DNA of 64,000 bases from Solirubrobacterales bacterium (GCA_040881895.1 JBBECI010000043.1:9065-73064); one strand, 5' to 3'. Positions 34,593-44,264 are shown, counted from the stretch's first letter. Notes: generated by a model not told the origin, from the letters alone. A program made the numbers and translations.

Positions 34593-36482
34593 GTGCTTGA
34601 ACCTTTCACTCTCCCCTACGTTCAGGAAGGAATGATCGAGATACTCCTGCTTTCGATTCCGGCAGGACTGATCGGTACGTGGATCGTTCTGCGTGGCCTC
34701 TCCTTTTACTCGCATGCGATCGGGACAGCCTCCTTCCCCGGGCTGGTCCTGGCTGATGGACTCGGATTCCCGGCCGCATTGGGTGCTTTCGGCATGGCGG
34801 GCGTCTTCACCGCCCTCTCCGCCCTGATCGCGCGATCGAAGAGTGCCGCCGCGGACAGCGTGACTGCGCTGGCGCTCGTAACCTGTCTTGCGGTCGGCGT
34901 GATCCTCGCGAGCGATGTTTTTGGCTCGGGAGCGAACGTCGACACCCTGCTCTTCGGTTCACTGCTCGCCATCGGTCCGATGGACCTGGTGCTCGCCGGC
35001 TCAGCCGCGGTGCTCGCGATCGTCGCCACCAGACTGTTCTCCGCCCACTGGCTGGCAAAGGGATTCGACGAAGACTCGGCGAGCGGGCTGAAGTCGAACT
35101 CCGCCTGGTTCGACGTTGCTCTGCTCGCAGTCGTGGCCCTCACCGTCACGGCAACCCTCAGCGCCGTCGGTGCGCTCCTGGTGGCGGCGCTGATGGTGAT
35201 CCCGGCGGCCACCGTGCGCATGTTCACGAGACGGGTGGCAACTCTCCAGGCCGGGACCGTGCTCCTGATCGCCGCCCAGGGCACTGTCGGCCTGTGGCTT
35301 TCAGTACAGACAAACGCCCCTCCTGGCGCGACAATCGCCGTGGTCAGCGGGATAGTGTTCGCTCTCGCACTTGTTGTTCGCTCAGTAAAGCGCTCCCGGA
35401 AGCTGGGAATTGCGGCGGCGGCGGTCGGCACCTCGCTGGTTATCGCCGGTTGCGGCGGAGGTGCGGGTGGCAGCGATTCAGGCTCCGACACGGTGCGCGC
35501 CGTCGCCACGACGACTCAGGTGGCGGACATCGTGCGCGAGGTCGGCGGCGACCGGGTAGAGGTCACCCAGATCATGCAGCCGAACACCGACCCGCATGAC
35601 TACGAGCCGCGTCCGTCAGATGTGGCTGCATTTGCCGATGCCGAAATCGTCTTCAAGAGCGGAGGCCACCTCGACGAGTGGTCCGAGCAGCTGATTGAAG
35701 ACAGCGGCAGCAGTGCGACGGTGGTCGACCTCAGCAGTGACCTCCCGGTCCAGCTCGAGGCCGAGGAGCATGATCGTGAACACGAGGGTGAGAAAGGTCA
35801 CTCCGATGAGGGTGAGGAGGGGCACTCGGAAGAGGGGCACTCGGAAGAGAAGCCTTCCCAGAAAGGCGAGAAGGAGCACTCGGAAGAGGGACACTCTGAT
35901 GCGAAGCATTCGAATGATGGCGAGGAAACCGACCCACACTGGTGGCATGACCCGGTCAACGTGAGTGCAGCGACCAGCGACGTCGAGACGGCCCTGATCG
36001 ATACGGACCCCGCAGGCAAAGCCGACTTCACCGCCAATGCCGACGCCTTCCGGCGGGAGATCAAGGCCCTTAACACCGCGATCGCGAAGTGCTTTGACGC
36101 CATTTCCGCCGAGCAGCGCAAGCTGGTCACTGACCATGACGCCCTTGGCTACTTCGCCAACCGATATGACATCGAGGTGGTCGGCGCAGTGATTCCGGCC
36201 CTGACTACTGAAGCCCAGCCGTCGGCCGGAGACTTGGCTGAGCTGGAACGGACTATCAAGGAGGAGAACGTGAAGGCGGTCTTCCCCGAGAGTGCCTATT
36301 CGCAGAAGCTTGCAGATGCTGTCGCAAGGGACACCGGTGCCACCACCGAATACTCGCTCTATGGCGACTCTCTCGGGCCGGACGACTCGGCAGCGGCAAC
36401 CTGGATCGGGATGATGCAGGAGAATGCGAACTCGATGGCACTTGGATTCACCGGTGGCGAGCAGGGCTGCGATTTCGGCTGA
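34593..36482 (+). CDS. Fusion protein: ABC-3 (ZnuB/TroC-like) metal permease plus ZnuA/TroA-like metal-binding lipoprotein with His/Glu-rich loop
   Basis: Residues 1-268 are a polytopic ABC-3 permease. Residues 266-287 (KRSRKLGIAAAAVGTSLVIAGC) look like a complete lipoprotein signal peptide. The rest is ZnuA-like (TTTQVADIVREVGGD, DPHDYEP, DPHWWHDP, KAVFPES). One uninterrupted 629-codon frame. Confidence 0.8.
   Translation: MLEPFTLPYVQEGMIEILLLSIPAGLIGTWIVLRGLSFYSHAIGTASFPGLVLADGLGFPAALGAFGMAGVFTALSALIARSKSAAADSVTALALVTCLAVGVILASDVFGSGANVDTLLFGSLLAIGPMDLVLAGSAAVLAIVATRLFSAHWLAKGFDEDSASGLKSNSAWFDVALLAVVALTVTATLSAVGALLVAALMVIPAATVRMFTRRVATLQAGTVLLIAAQGTVGLWLSVQTNAPPGATIAVVSGIVFALALVVRSVKRSRKLGIAAAAVGTSLVIAGCGGGAGGSDSGSDTVRAVATTTQVADIVREVGGDRVEVTQIMQPNTDPHDYEPRPSDVAAFADAEIVFKSGGHLDEWSEQLIEDSGSSATVVDLSSDLPVQLEAEEHDREHEGEKGHSDEGEEGHSEEGHSEEKPSQKGEKEHSEEGHSDAKHSNDGEETDPHWWHDPVNVSAATSDVETALIDTDPAGKADFTANADAFRREIKALNTAIAKCFDAISAEQRKLVTDHDALGYFANRYDIEVVGAVIPALTTEAQPSAGDLAELERTIKEENVKAVFPESAYSQKLADAVARDTGATTEYSLYGDSLGPDDSAAATWIGMMQENANSMALGFTGGEQGCDFG
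35764..35925 (+). repeat. Low-complexity His/Glu-rich loop coding region with a 2 x 15-nt exact tandem (35817-35846)
   Basis: gaggggcactcggaa occurs twice in tandem, with degenerate copies after it. It encodes EEHDREHEGEKGHSDEGEEGHSEEGHSEEKPSQKGEKEHSEEGHSDAKHSNDGEE. Confidence 0.85.
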
Positions 36483-37287
36483 CGGGCCGCTCGGGCCCGG
36501 CGGTCCCTCCTACGACGAAGCTGTCACCCAACCCGGTGACAGCTTCGTCGTAGCGCGCGGACTCTCGGTCGGGTACGACGGATCTCCGGCCCTGACAGGG
36601 GTCGATTTCGAGATATCTCAAGGCGTGCGTATCGGTCTGCTCGGACCCAATGGCGGAGGCAAGACGACCCTCTTTCGCGCGCTCACCGGCGAGCTGAAGC
36701 CGATGGAAGGCCAGCTCGATGTCAGGGTGAGCTCTGCCACGGTGCCCCAGACGGACCGGACCCGGCTCGACTACCCCGTGACCTGCCTCGACGTCGCGAC
36801 CATGGGGGCGCTTGCGCGGCTGCCCTGGTGGCGAAGGCCGGGCAAGAAGGACCGTGCAATGGCCCTCGAAAGCCTCAGTATGGTCGGTCTCGCGGGGCGT
36901 GCCCGGGACAGCTTCGGCGACCTTTCGGGGGGCCAGCGCCAGCGGGTACTGATCGCGCGGGCACTGACCTCAGACTCCGAGCTACTCCTGCTCGATGAGC
37001 CCTACACCGGTCTCGACTCAGCCAGCGCCGACTTGCTGGACGGGTTGATCGAGAGTCTCGCCGACCAGGGCCGAACGGTCATGATCGCCACGCACGATGT
37101 CGATCAGGCAAGGGCCTGGGATCTGGTCCTTTGCCTCAACCGGACCCAAATTGCCTTCGGGCCACCTGAATCTACGCTTGACCGCGATGTGCTCGAGGCG
37201 ACCTACGGAGGCAGCATCGTCGAGATCCCGGGTCAACCCGGCCAGGGCGTCCTGCCGCCCCATCACCATGATCACGGCGGCCACTGA
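36424..37287 (+). CDS. Metal (Zn/Mn) ABC transporter ATP-binding protein
   Basis: GPNGGGKTTLF Walker A, LSGGQRQRVLIARAL signature, LLLLDEP Walker B. The only canonical start in frame is ATG 36424, which overlaps the upstream gene by 59 nt. This gives an atypically long N-terminus of about 73 aa before Walker A. Confidence 0.85.
   Translation: MRTRWHLDSPVASRAAISADGPLGPGGPSYDEAVTQPGDSFVVARGLSVGYDGSPALTGVDFEISQGVRIGLLGPNGGGKTTLFRALTGELKPMEGQLDVRVSSATVPQTDRTRLDYPVTCLDVATMGALARLPWWRRPGKKDRAMALESLSMVGLAGRARDSFGDLSGGQRQRVLIARALTSDSELLLLDEPYTGLDSASADLLDGLIESLADQGRTVMIATHDVDQARAWDLVLCLNRTQIAFGPPESTLDRDVLEATYGGSIVEIPGQPGQGVLPPHHHDHGGH
36510..36553. repeat. Perfect 19-bp inverted repeat with 6-nt loop
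   Basis: ctacgacgaagctgtcacc-caaccc-ggtgacagcttcgtcgtag. It starts 28 nt after the stop of the fusion gene and lies inside the predicted N-terminal extension of the ATPase ORF. Confidence 0.9.
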
Positions 37288-38120
37288 TGCCCGACTTTCT
37301 CCTCGACCCGCTCGCCAGTGGAACCACCGTCAGGGCGCTGTCTGAGATCACGGTCCTTGGCATCGTCAGCGGCGCAATCGGTTGCTGGATAGTGCTCTAC
37401 CAGCTTTCTTACAGCGCCGAGTCGCTTGCCCACGGACTCTTCCCCGGACTGGTTATCGCGGCCCTTGTGGGTGCCCCCCTTCTGCTGGGCGGGGCTGTAG
37501 GGGTTCTGATTGCGGCAACGCTCATCGTCATCGCCACGAGGCTGGCCGATGAATCGGCTGATACGGCGATCGCTGTGGTGATCACGGCGCTTTTCGGTAC
37601 GGGCGTACTCCTGGCACTCTCGCCTTCGAGTCCGGCGGGCATCAAGGAACTGCTGTTCGGCGACTTGCTCGGCGTCACTTATGCAGACGTCATGATCGCC
37701 GCAGGATTCGGCGCGGCGGTACTTGCCGCGCTGTGGGTCCTCCACGACCGACTGCTGGCAGTGGGTTTTGACAAAGGCTCTGAGCAGTCTCTCGGGGTAT
37801 CCGTAATGACCCTCAACCTGATTCTGCTGGCCCTGGTGGCGGTCACCATCCTTGTGGCAGTCCAGAGTCTGGGCAACCTCCTGGTGGCTGCGATTCTGGT
37901 CGGCCCGGCCGCTGCCGCCCGACAGGTGACCCGAAGGATCGGGCCGATGATGGCCGTGTCGGTTGCTGTGGCCGTGGCCTCGGGTGTCGTCGGCATCTAC
38001 GCGTCCTACCACCTGCGGACGGCCGCAGGCGCTTCGGTCGTGGTGGCCATGGTGGGCTTCTATCTGCTCGCCGCTTTGGCTGGCACCCTTCAGCACCGCC
38101 TGTTTCCCGCTCGTCAGTAG
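37287..38120 (+). CDS. ABC-3 family metal transporter permease (second permease)
   Basis: 277 aa, polytopic, and paralogous to the N-terminal half of the fusion protein (LSEITVLGIVSGAIGCWIVL..., LLFGDLLGV). TGATG junction with the ATPase gene. Confidence 0.85.
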   Translation: MPDFLLDPLASGTTVRALSEITVLGIVSGAIGCWIVLYQLSYSAESLAHGLFPGLVIAALVGAPLLLGGAVGVLIAATLIVIATRLADESADTAIAVVITALFGTGVLLALSPSSPAGIKELLFGDLLGVTYADVMIAAGFGAAVLAALWVLHDRLLAVGFDKGSEQSLGVSVMTLNLILLALVAVTILVAVQSLGNLLVAAILVGPAAAARQVTRRIGPMMAVSVAVAVASGVVGIYASYHLRTAAGASVVVAMVGFYLLAALAGTLQHRLFPARQ

Positions 38121-38129
38121 GATCGGAAC

Positions 38130-38576
38130 ATGAGTACAGCAACGCAAACAGGGCAGGAATCCAGTTCATGGGTCGGTCACGCTCTGGAGCAACTCAGCCA
38201 GGCGGGATACCGTCGCGGCGGCTCCCGGACGCGCGTAGTCGAGATGCTGGGAGAGCAGGACTGCGCGATCACCCCTCTCGAGCTTGACGATCGGCTGGAA
38301 GGCGTCGGGCGGGCTACTGTTTACCGCGCAATCGAACAGCTCGAAGACCTGGGCTTGGTCCAACGGATTGACCTAGGGGGCGACTCGACCGCCTACGAGA
38401 AGGTCGACCCCAGGGGTCACCATCATCACCATCTGGTCTGCGGCAAATGCGGCCGGGTGATCCCGTTCGAAGATGAAGAGCTCGAAACTGCCATTCACTC
38501 GATCTCGAGCCGTGATGGATTCAGGATCCAGTCGCACGAGATCACGCTGCGCGGAATCTGCGCCAACTGCACCTGA
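38130..38576 (+). CDS. zur: Fur family transcriptional regulator, probably Zur
   Basis: Winged-helix region (RATVYRAIEQLEDLGLV) and metal sites HHHHHLVCGKCG ... GICANC. It is the last gene of the metal ABC operon. Confidence 0.8.
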   Translation: MSTATQTGQESSSWVGHALEQLSQAGYRRGGSRTRVVEMLGEQDCAITPLELDDRLEGVGRATVYRAIEQLEDLGLVQRIDLGGDSTAYEKVDPRGHHHHHLVCGKCGRVIPFEDEELETAIHSISSRDGFRIQSHEITLRGICANCT

Positions 38577-38631
38577 CCCGCTCGCTGCGCCACAACCAGA
38601 CCGTCCCGCAGACGAGCCTCGCTCGAGACTG

Positions 38632-40179
38632 CTATTCCCACTCAATCGTTGCCGGTGGCTTTGAAGAGATGTCAAGCGCTACGCGGTTGACCCCTTCCAC
38701 CTCGTTGATGATCCGGCTGGATACCCGCTCAAGGAGGTCGTATGGAAGGCGGGCCCAGTCCGCTGTCATCGCGTCTTCCGAAGTGACCGCGCGAATAATG
38801 ATCGGGTAGGCATAAGTACGGCCGTCACCCTGGACGCCGACCGAACGGATCGCGGGCAGGACGCAGAAGGACTGCCACAGTTCCCGGTAGAGCTCGCCAG
38901 CCCGGATCTCCTCCTGAAGGATGGAGTCCGCTGCGCGCAGTATGTCGAGCCGCTCGCGGTTGACCTCGCCACCGATTATCCGGATGCCGAGCCCGGGGCC
39001 AGGAAATGGCTGGCGCCAGACCATGCTGTCAGGGAGCCCGAGTTCCGTCCCAACTGCCCGCACTTCGTCCTTGAAAAGCATTCGGAGCGGTTCGACGAGT
39101 TCGAATTCGAGGTCGTCAGGCAGTCCACCGACGTTGTGGTGAGACTTGATAGTGGCCGCATGGTCACTGCCACCAGACTCGATCACGTCTGAATAGAGCG
39201 TGCCCTGAACCAGGTAGTCGACATCCTCGAGTTTGAGTGCCTCTTCTTCGAAGACCCGAATGAACTCCGAGCCGATTATCTTGCGCTTGGTTTCCGGTTC
39301 GGTCACCCCGGCAAGCTTTTCCAGGAAACGCTTCTCGGCATCGACCGACACCAGCGGAACTCCAAAGTGCTTGAAGGCCTCAACTACCTCGTCGCCTTCG
39401 TTTGCCCGCATCAGGCCGTGGTCGACGAACACACAGGTGAGCTTGTCCCCGATTGCTTCGTGAACCAGCTTGGCCGCCACTGAGGAATCCACCCCTCCGG
39501 ATAGTCCACAGATGACCTTGCTGTCACCCACCTGCTCCCGAATCGCGGCGACCTGTTCGGCGACGACCGAGGCCGGGCTCCACTGCTGGGTGCAGCCGGC
39601 GACATCACGCAGGAACCGGTTCAGAACTTCGGTGCCGAAAGGCGTGTGAACCACTTCAGGGTGGAACTGGATCCCGTACAGGCCCCTTTCGTGGTCTTCA
39701 AGAGCCGCGACTGGCGAACCTGGCGAAGATGCGATCGGGGAAAAACCATCGGGAGCCTCGAAGACCGAGTCGCGATGGCTCATCCAGCAGGTCTGCTCGC
39801 GCGGAAGTCCGCCGAGCAGCGTACCCCCGTCATCGACAACGAACAGGTCGGTCCGGCCGAATTCGCCCTTTTCGGCAACTTCAACCCTGCCGCCCAGCGC
39901 CTTGGCCATCGCCTGCATTCCGTAACAGATACCGAGGACCGGCATTTGGAGGCCAAGCAGTTCCTCCGGGAAAGATGGAGCGCCCGGATCATGTACGGAA
40001 GCCGGCCCACCGGAAAGCACAAGTGCTTTCGGATTCCGGCTGAGAATGGACTCGACCGAGGTGGTGGCTGGCATCAGCTCTGCAAAAACGCCGCATTCAC
40101 GAATGCGGCGCGCTATCAGTTGGGAGTACTGGCCCCCGAAGTCGAGGACCAGCACCTCCTCCGTTGTCGCAGCCGACAT
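38632..40179 (-). CDS. guaA: GMP synthase (glutamine-hydrolyzing)
   Basis: GATase domain (LGICYGMQ), PP-loop SGGVDSSV, and a C-terminal ...PPATIEWE. Confidence 0.95.
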   Translation of the reverse strand: MSAATTEEVLVLDFGGQYSQLIARRIRECGVFAELMPATTSVESILSRNPKALVLSGGPASVHDPGAPSFPEELLGLQMPVLGICYGMQAMAKALGGRVEVAEKGEFGRTDLFVVDDGGTLLGGLPREQTCWMSHRDSVFEAPDGFSPIASSPGSPVAALEDHERGLYGIQFHPEVVHTPFGTEVLNRFLRDVAGCTQQWSPASVVAEQVAAIREQVGDSKVICGLSGGVDSSVAAKLVHEAIGDKLTCVFVDHGLMRANEGDEVVEAFKHFGVPLVSVDAEKRFLEKLAGVTEPETKRKIIGSEFIRVFEEEALKLEDVDYLVQGTLYSDVIESGGSDHAATIKSHHNVGGLPDDLEFELVEPLRMLFKDEVRAVGTELGLPDSMVWRQPFPGPGLGIRIIGGEVNRERLDILRAADSILQEEIRAGELYRELWQSFCVLPAIRSVGVQGDGRTYAYPIIIRAVTSEDAMTADWARLPYDLLERVSSRIINEVEGVNRVALDISSKPPATIEWE

Positions 40180-41384
40180 CAGTCGTCGGCCACCCCGACA
40201 CCGGCCGATACAGCGGCACGGCCGTTGGAGCCCATCCCCACCGACTGCTCATTCTGCAGTTTCTTGCCTTCACTCATCAGCGCCGGTGCGACCATTACCT
40301 CGGCCCGCTGGAAAGAGCGGATGTCTTCATACCCACAGGTGGCCATCGATGTTCGAAGGGCGCCCATCAGATTGAAGGTACCGTCGTTTTCATGAGCCGG
40401 TCCGAGAAGGATTTCCTCCATGGTGCCATCCTGCTTGGTTGCCACCCTCGTCCCGCGGGGCAGTGATGAATGGAAGGTCGCCATACCCCAGTGGTAGCCG
40501 CGTCCGGGGGCTTCTTGGGCACGGGCCAGCGGTGAGCCGATCATGACTGCATCGGCCCCACAGGCGATCGCCTTGGAGATGTCGCCGCCGGTGCGCATGC
40601 CGCCATCACCGATCACGTTCACATATTCACCCGTCTCGAGCATGTGCTGAGAGCGAGCTGCTGCCACGTCGGCGATGGCAGTCGCCTGTGGCACACCGAT
40701 GCCGAGCACTCCGCGAGTCGTACAGGCGGCTCCCGGCCCGACACCGACGAGCACACCGACAGCGCCGGTGCGCATCAGGTGAAGTCCGGTCGAGTAGGAC
40801 GCGCAGCCTCCGACCACGGTGGGAACTGGTACCTCGTCGATGAATTCCTTCAGATTGAGCGGTTCGACTGAAGTTGAAACATGCTCTGCTGAAATTACGG
40901 TCCCCTGAATCACGAGGATGTCGATACCAGCCTCGATGGCAACCTCGTAATGCGCACGGACTTTCTGCGGCGTCAGCGATCCGCAGACCACCGCTCCTGC
41001 CTCTTTGATCTCGGTGATGCGCTGAGCGATCAGTTCGGGCTTGACCGGCGTCTCGTAAATCTGCTGCATGAGAGCGGTCGCCTCGTCCTTGGGAGCCTTC
41101 GAAACCTTCTCAAGCTGCTCCTCCGCATCCTCAAAGCGGGTCCATATGCCCTCGAGGTTCAGGACCCCGAGCCCGCCGAGCTTGTGAGTCAGAACCGCAG
41201 TCTCGGGACTGACCACACCGTCCATCGCCGAGGCGAGCAGGGGCAGATCAAAACGGTACGGACCCAGCGTCCAGCTGATGTCGATGTCGTCGGGGTCGCG
41301 GGTACGACGGGATGGCACGATTGCCACATCATCGAACCCATAAGCACGTCGGCCCTTTTTACCTCGGCCGATCTCAATTTCCAA
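40179..41384 (-). CDS. guaB3: GuaB3-type IMP dehydrogenase-related protein (no CBS insert)
   Basis: [15 protein letters not shown]-barrel motifs ([33 protein letters not shown]) and no CBS pair. TTG start preceded by GGAGGA. Confidence 0.8.
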   Translation of the reverse strand: MEIEIGRGKKGRRAYGFDDVAIVPSRRTRDPDDIDISWTLGPYRFDLPLLASAMDGVVSPETAVLTHKLGGLGVLNLEGIWTRFEDAEEQLEKVSKAPKDEATALMQQIYETPVKPELIAQRITEIKEAGAVVCGSLTPQKVRAHYEVAIEAGIDILVIQGTVISAEHVSTSVEPLNLKEFIDEVPVPTVVGGCASYSTGLHLMRTGAVGVLVGVGPGAACTTRGVLGIGVPQATAIADVAAARSQHMLETGEYVNVIGDGGMRTGGDISKAIACGADAVMIGSPLARAQEAPGRGYHWGMATFHSSLPRGTRVATKQDGTMEEILLGPAHENDGTFNLMGALRTSMATCGYEDIRSFQRAEVMVAPALMSEGKKLQNEQSVGMGSNGRAAVSAGVGVADD

Positions 41385-41492
41385 TTAGGTCCTCCAAGGC
41401 TGCGGGTGGAAGGAGCAGGCTATGGCCCCCGTCGGATGATTCTAATCAGGCTGGCCCCGCTGACCACTTTCGGTCCGGTCAGACTTCTCTGC

Positions 41493-41535
41493 AAAAGTCG
41501 GACCCCGGCTCCCAAGGGAGGAACCAGGGTCCGAC
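41493..41535 (-). terminator. Intrinsic-terminator-like hairpin plus U4 on the minus strand
   Basis: Minus strand: GUCGGACCC-(21 nt with inner CUCCC/GGGAG stem)-GGGUCCGAC followed by UUUU. It lies about 110 nt upstream of the guaB3 start and about 210 nt downstream of the pfkB stop. Confidence 0.5.
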
Positions 41536-41587
41536 AGGAGGGACGCAGTTCGCCGAATCCGCTCCGGCGACTGCACTGTCTAGCCAC

Positions 41588-41609
41588 AAAACGGGGAGGA
41601 GAACCCCCG
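41588..41609 (-). terminator. Weaker terminator-like hairpin plus U4 on the minus strand
   Basis: Minus strand: CGGGG-guucuccu-CCCCG followed by UUUU, about 135 nt after the pfkB stop. Confidence 0.3.
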
Positions 41610-41743
41610 AACTGATGATTGACAAGATATGCGCAGGCCGCCTCACCCTGGCTGTGCTGTTGTACAAACTCGAGTGACCGTGGCTGTCCAGCAGTCCCGA
41701 CGATCCGGTGGTTGAAATCCGGCAACCCCCTTGGGGGACCCGG

Positions 41744-42700
41744 TCAGGCGCTGGTGGGGGCTTTCACCCGACGCACCGTGACGCTGTCAAGCAGGCTTTC
41801 GGCACGCTTGCGATCGAGTCGGCCGGCCCCGAGGTGCTGGGTAGCCTCGGCACCGCAGGCAACTCCGTACGACAGGCACATCTCCTGCGACATCCCGTCG
41901 TAGAGCGCCGCCATGTAACCGGCAGCAAACGCGTCGCCCGAGCCGACGGTCGAAATCGGCTCCAAGGGCTCGATGCTGACCTCGAGCATCCTCTGCTCGG
42001 ATCCCTCCCCGACCATGGCCACACATCCCTCGGGCAGGGTTATCGCGGCCTGTGAAGGACCCATGTCGATCAACTCCGAGAGCACCGGATAGAGGTCATC
42101 GCCTGAGTCAAATTCGTGCCCGACCAGTTCTTCGGCTTCCAGCTTGTTCGGCGTGACCATGGCCGGACCCGCACGCATCCCGGCGGACATCGGCTCGCCT
42201 TCCGAGTCGAGCAGAACCGGAATCCTGTGCTTCCGCAGTATTTCGATGAGGGTCGCGTAGAAATCCATGTCGACACCGGGAGGAAGGCTGCCCGCGAGCA
42301 CGCACAGCCGCGCGCCGGCTGCGAGGTAATCGAGTCGATCAACTAACCGTTCAAGTTCCTCGGCTTGAACTCCTGGACCGCGCTCGTTGATCTCGGTCTG
42401 TTCGCCGGTCGTGGGATCTACCACGGCAAGGTTGATCCGACTCTCCTCCGAAATCCGGATGAAGTCGGTGAGCAAAGTCTCTTCTCGGAGTTGTCTGAGA
42501 ATCCAGCCGCCGTTTGAACCGCCGGCCAGGCCCGTCGCAATGACCGGCCGGCCCAGCAACCCGAGGGCGCGAGCCACGTTGATCCCTTTGCCCCCCGGCA
42601 CGGTCCGGCTCTCGACTGAACGGTGACGATGGCCCTGCCGGAAGTTGGGCACGGCAACGGTCCGATCGATCGCGGCGTTCATCGTCACGGAAATGATCAT
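41744..42700 (-). CDS. pfkB: 1-phosphofructokinase family hexose kinase (PfkB family)
   Basis: MIISVTMNAAIDRT... and GGKGINVARAL, with a C-terminal TVGSGDAFAAGY. Confidence 0.85.
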   Translation of the reverse strand: MIISVTMNAAIDRTVAVPNFRQGHRHRSVESRTVPGGKGINVARALGLLGRPVIATGLAGGSNGGWILRQLREETLLTDFIRISEESRINLAVVDPTTGEQTEINERGPGVQAEELERLVDRLDYLAAGARLCVLAGSLPPGVDMDFYATLIEILRKHRIPVLLDSEGEPMSAGMRAGPAMVTPNKLEAEELVGHEFDSGDDLYPVLSELIDMGPSQAAITLPEGCVAMVGEGSEQRMLEVSIEPLEPISTVGSGDAFAAGYMAALYDGMSQEMCLSYGVACGAEATQHLGAGRLDRKRAESLLDSVTVRRVKAPTSA

Positions 42701-43932
42701 CTTCGCCTCTTACCCACCCTGACCACTCTGGACCTCGTCTTCCTCTCCTGGCGCCGCCGGTAAAGCAGGGCCAGAGCAAGTATTACCGACAGCGCGATGC
42801 CTGTGTTGATCGGATTGGATGTGACCAGACCCAGGGTACGATCGAGCAGGCCGGGCTCGGCAACATCGCGATCGGCAAATAGCGGGACGGTACGAATCAG
42901 CTCACCTTCAACCCGCACAGAAACGCTGCCTAACCGATCGCCTTTGGCCAGCGGGCCCTCGACTTCATCAGGCAGGTCGAGCGAGACTGTCAGCCTCTCT
43001 CCTTTTTTCACCCCGATCCGCACTGGCACCACTGAAGACACAGGGAGGTCCTCCCCCTCGAAACGTACGGGTACCAGCGCCAACGGCCTGCCCGACGGGA
43101 CGGGAACGCGTTTTTGGTAGAGCGAGAAGCCGTAGTCCATCAACTTGACCGTTTCGGCATCCCTTGCGGCCTCGCTTGGGGCCCCCATGACAGCTGCGAC
43201 AAGTTCAGTTGCATTCCGACGACCATCCGAGGCGAGGATGTAGCCGGCAAGTGTGGTCTGGCCGGTCTTGATACCTCTGGCCCACGGGTTATCGCGTACG
43301 AATTCATTGCTCGTTTCGATTTCGATCGGCGGCCTGTAACTGCGCAGGGTTGCCGTGCGGGAACTGGCTATGGCCCGAAACTGCGGGTTCTTCATCAAAA
43401 CCCTGCCGAGAGCGACCAGATCGGCGGCGCTCGAGTACTGACGCTTCCCGTCCAGACCAACTGGATTCTCGTATCTCGTGTTATCGAGTCCGAGTCGTCG
43501 AGCTGTCCGGTTCATCAGTCGGACGAAACCCGGCACGGTGCCAGAAACCGCAACTGCGAGGGTGACTGCCGCGTCGTTTCCACTCAGCAGAATCAGTCCG
43601 TAGAGGAGGTCCCGCACCGAAAGCTCCTGCCCGGCCTGGATACCCATCAGAGACTCGCCCGGACTGGCCCGGTACCGCGCGGCCGGAACGATCTTGTTGA
43701 GCCTGAGCCTGTCCAAAGCGATGTAGGCGGTCATCATCTTCGTGGTACTGGCCATCGGCAGCCGGCGGTCCTGAGCTTTACCGGCGAGGGTCTCGCCGGT
43801 CCGGGCATCAATGAGCAGCCAGGAACGGGCATCGATTCGCGGTGGTGCGGCCACCACAGTTGCCGGCCACGGAGACGCACCAATACAGACGGCGACAGTC
43901 GCCGCGACCATCGCGGCAGAGAGCAGCTTCAA
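42697..43932 (-). CDS. D-alanyl-D-alanine carboxypeptidase (peptidase S11, PBP5-like)
   Basis: SxxK (MASTTKMMT), SxN (LLSGND) and KTG (GIKTGQT), plus a signal peptide and a C-terminal TM anchor. ATGA junction with pfkB. Confidence 0.85.
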   Translation of the reverse strand: MKLLSAAMVAATVAVCIGASPWPATVVAAPPRIDARSWLLIDARTGETLAGKAQDRRLPMASTTKMMTAYIALDRLRLNKIVPAARYRASPGESLMGIQAGQELSVRDLLYGLILLSGNDAAVTLAVAVSGTVPGFVRLMNRTARRLGLDNTRYENPVGLDGKRQYSSAADLVALGRVLMKNPQFRAIASSRTATLRSYRPPIEIETSNEFVRDNPWARGIKTGQTTLAGYILASDGRRNATELVAAVMGAPSEAARDAETVKLMDYGFSLYQKRVPVPSGRPLALVPVRFEGEDLPVSSVVPVRIGVKKGERLTVSLDLPDEVEGPLAKGDRLGSVSVRVEGELIRTVPLFADRDVAEPGLLDRTLGLVTSNPINTGIALSVILALALLYRRRQERKTRSRVVRVGKRRR

Positions 43933-44264
43933 CGAAGTTTCAGTTTCTGCCCGGGAATGATCGCCTGCGGATCAACATCGGGATTCAGTTCTTCAATCGT
44001 TTCAACCGGAACACCCGTCTCCACCGCGATCGCGGTCAGGGAGTCGCCCTCCTGAACTTTGTAGGTTTTCGGCGTTCCCGGATTGTTCTGGTTCCCGCCG
44101 TTATCGCCCTTGGCACCATCAGCAGTCTTTCCCTGAGTGGCAGCCGGTGTCTGGGCCGGGTCATCCGCGCCCGTCTGCGAGCCGAGCACGACCACGACCA
44201 GGACAAGCGCAGATGCAAGCGCAACGGCAGCGGAAATTCGGGCTGTTGTTGATGTCTTCTTCAA
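43929..44264 (-). CDS. LysM peptidoglycan-binding domain protein
   Basis: Signal/TM N-terminus, a low-complexity linker, and a C-terminal LysM domain (YKVQEGDSLTAIAVETGVPVETIEELNP...IIPGQKLKL). TTGA junction. Confidence 0.8.
   Translation of the reverse strand: MKKTSTTARISAAVALASALVLVVVVLGSQTGADDPAQTPAATQGKTADGAKGDNGGNQNNPGTPKTYKVQEGDSLTAIAVETGVPVETIEELNPDVDPQAIIPGQKLKLR

Noticed and set aside
35764-35925. Short tandem repeats that could suggest a microsatellite or CRISPR-like array
   Set aside because: The repeats are in-frame, 15-nt, imperfect, and encode the His/Glu-rich metal-scavenging loop typical of ZnuA-type proteins. There is no spacer/repeat architecture.
36482-36640. An alternative ATPase start codon downstream of the 19-bp hairpin
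   Set aside because: I read the frame codon by codon from 36466 to the Walker A region. No ATG/GTG/TTG occurs before the GTG inside ...SQGVRIG..., which is too late. The upstream ATG 36424 remains the only canonical option.
41385-41743. Possible RNase P RNA, SRP RNA, or purine/ZTP/PRPP riboswitch in the long pfkB-guaB3 spacer
   Set aside because: I searched both strands by eye for GAGGAAAGUCCGG (RNase P P4), GGAAGGAAGCAGC (SRP domain IV), guanine-riboswitch junction motifs and the ZTP GGGUCGUGA / CCGCCUGGGC motifs. None is present. Only generic hairpins are supported.
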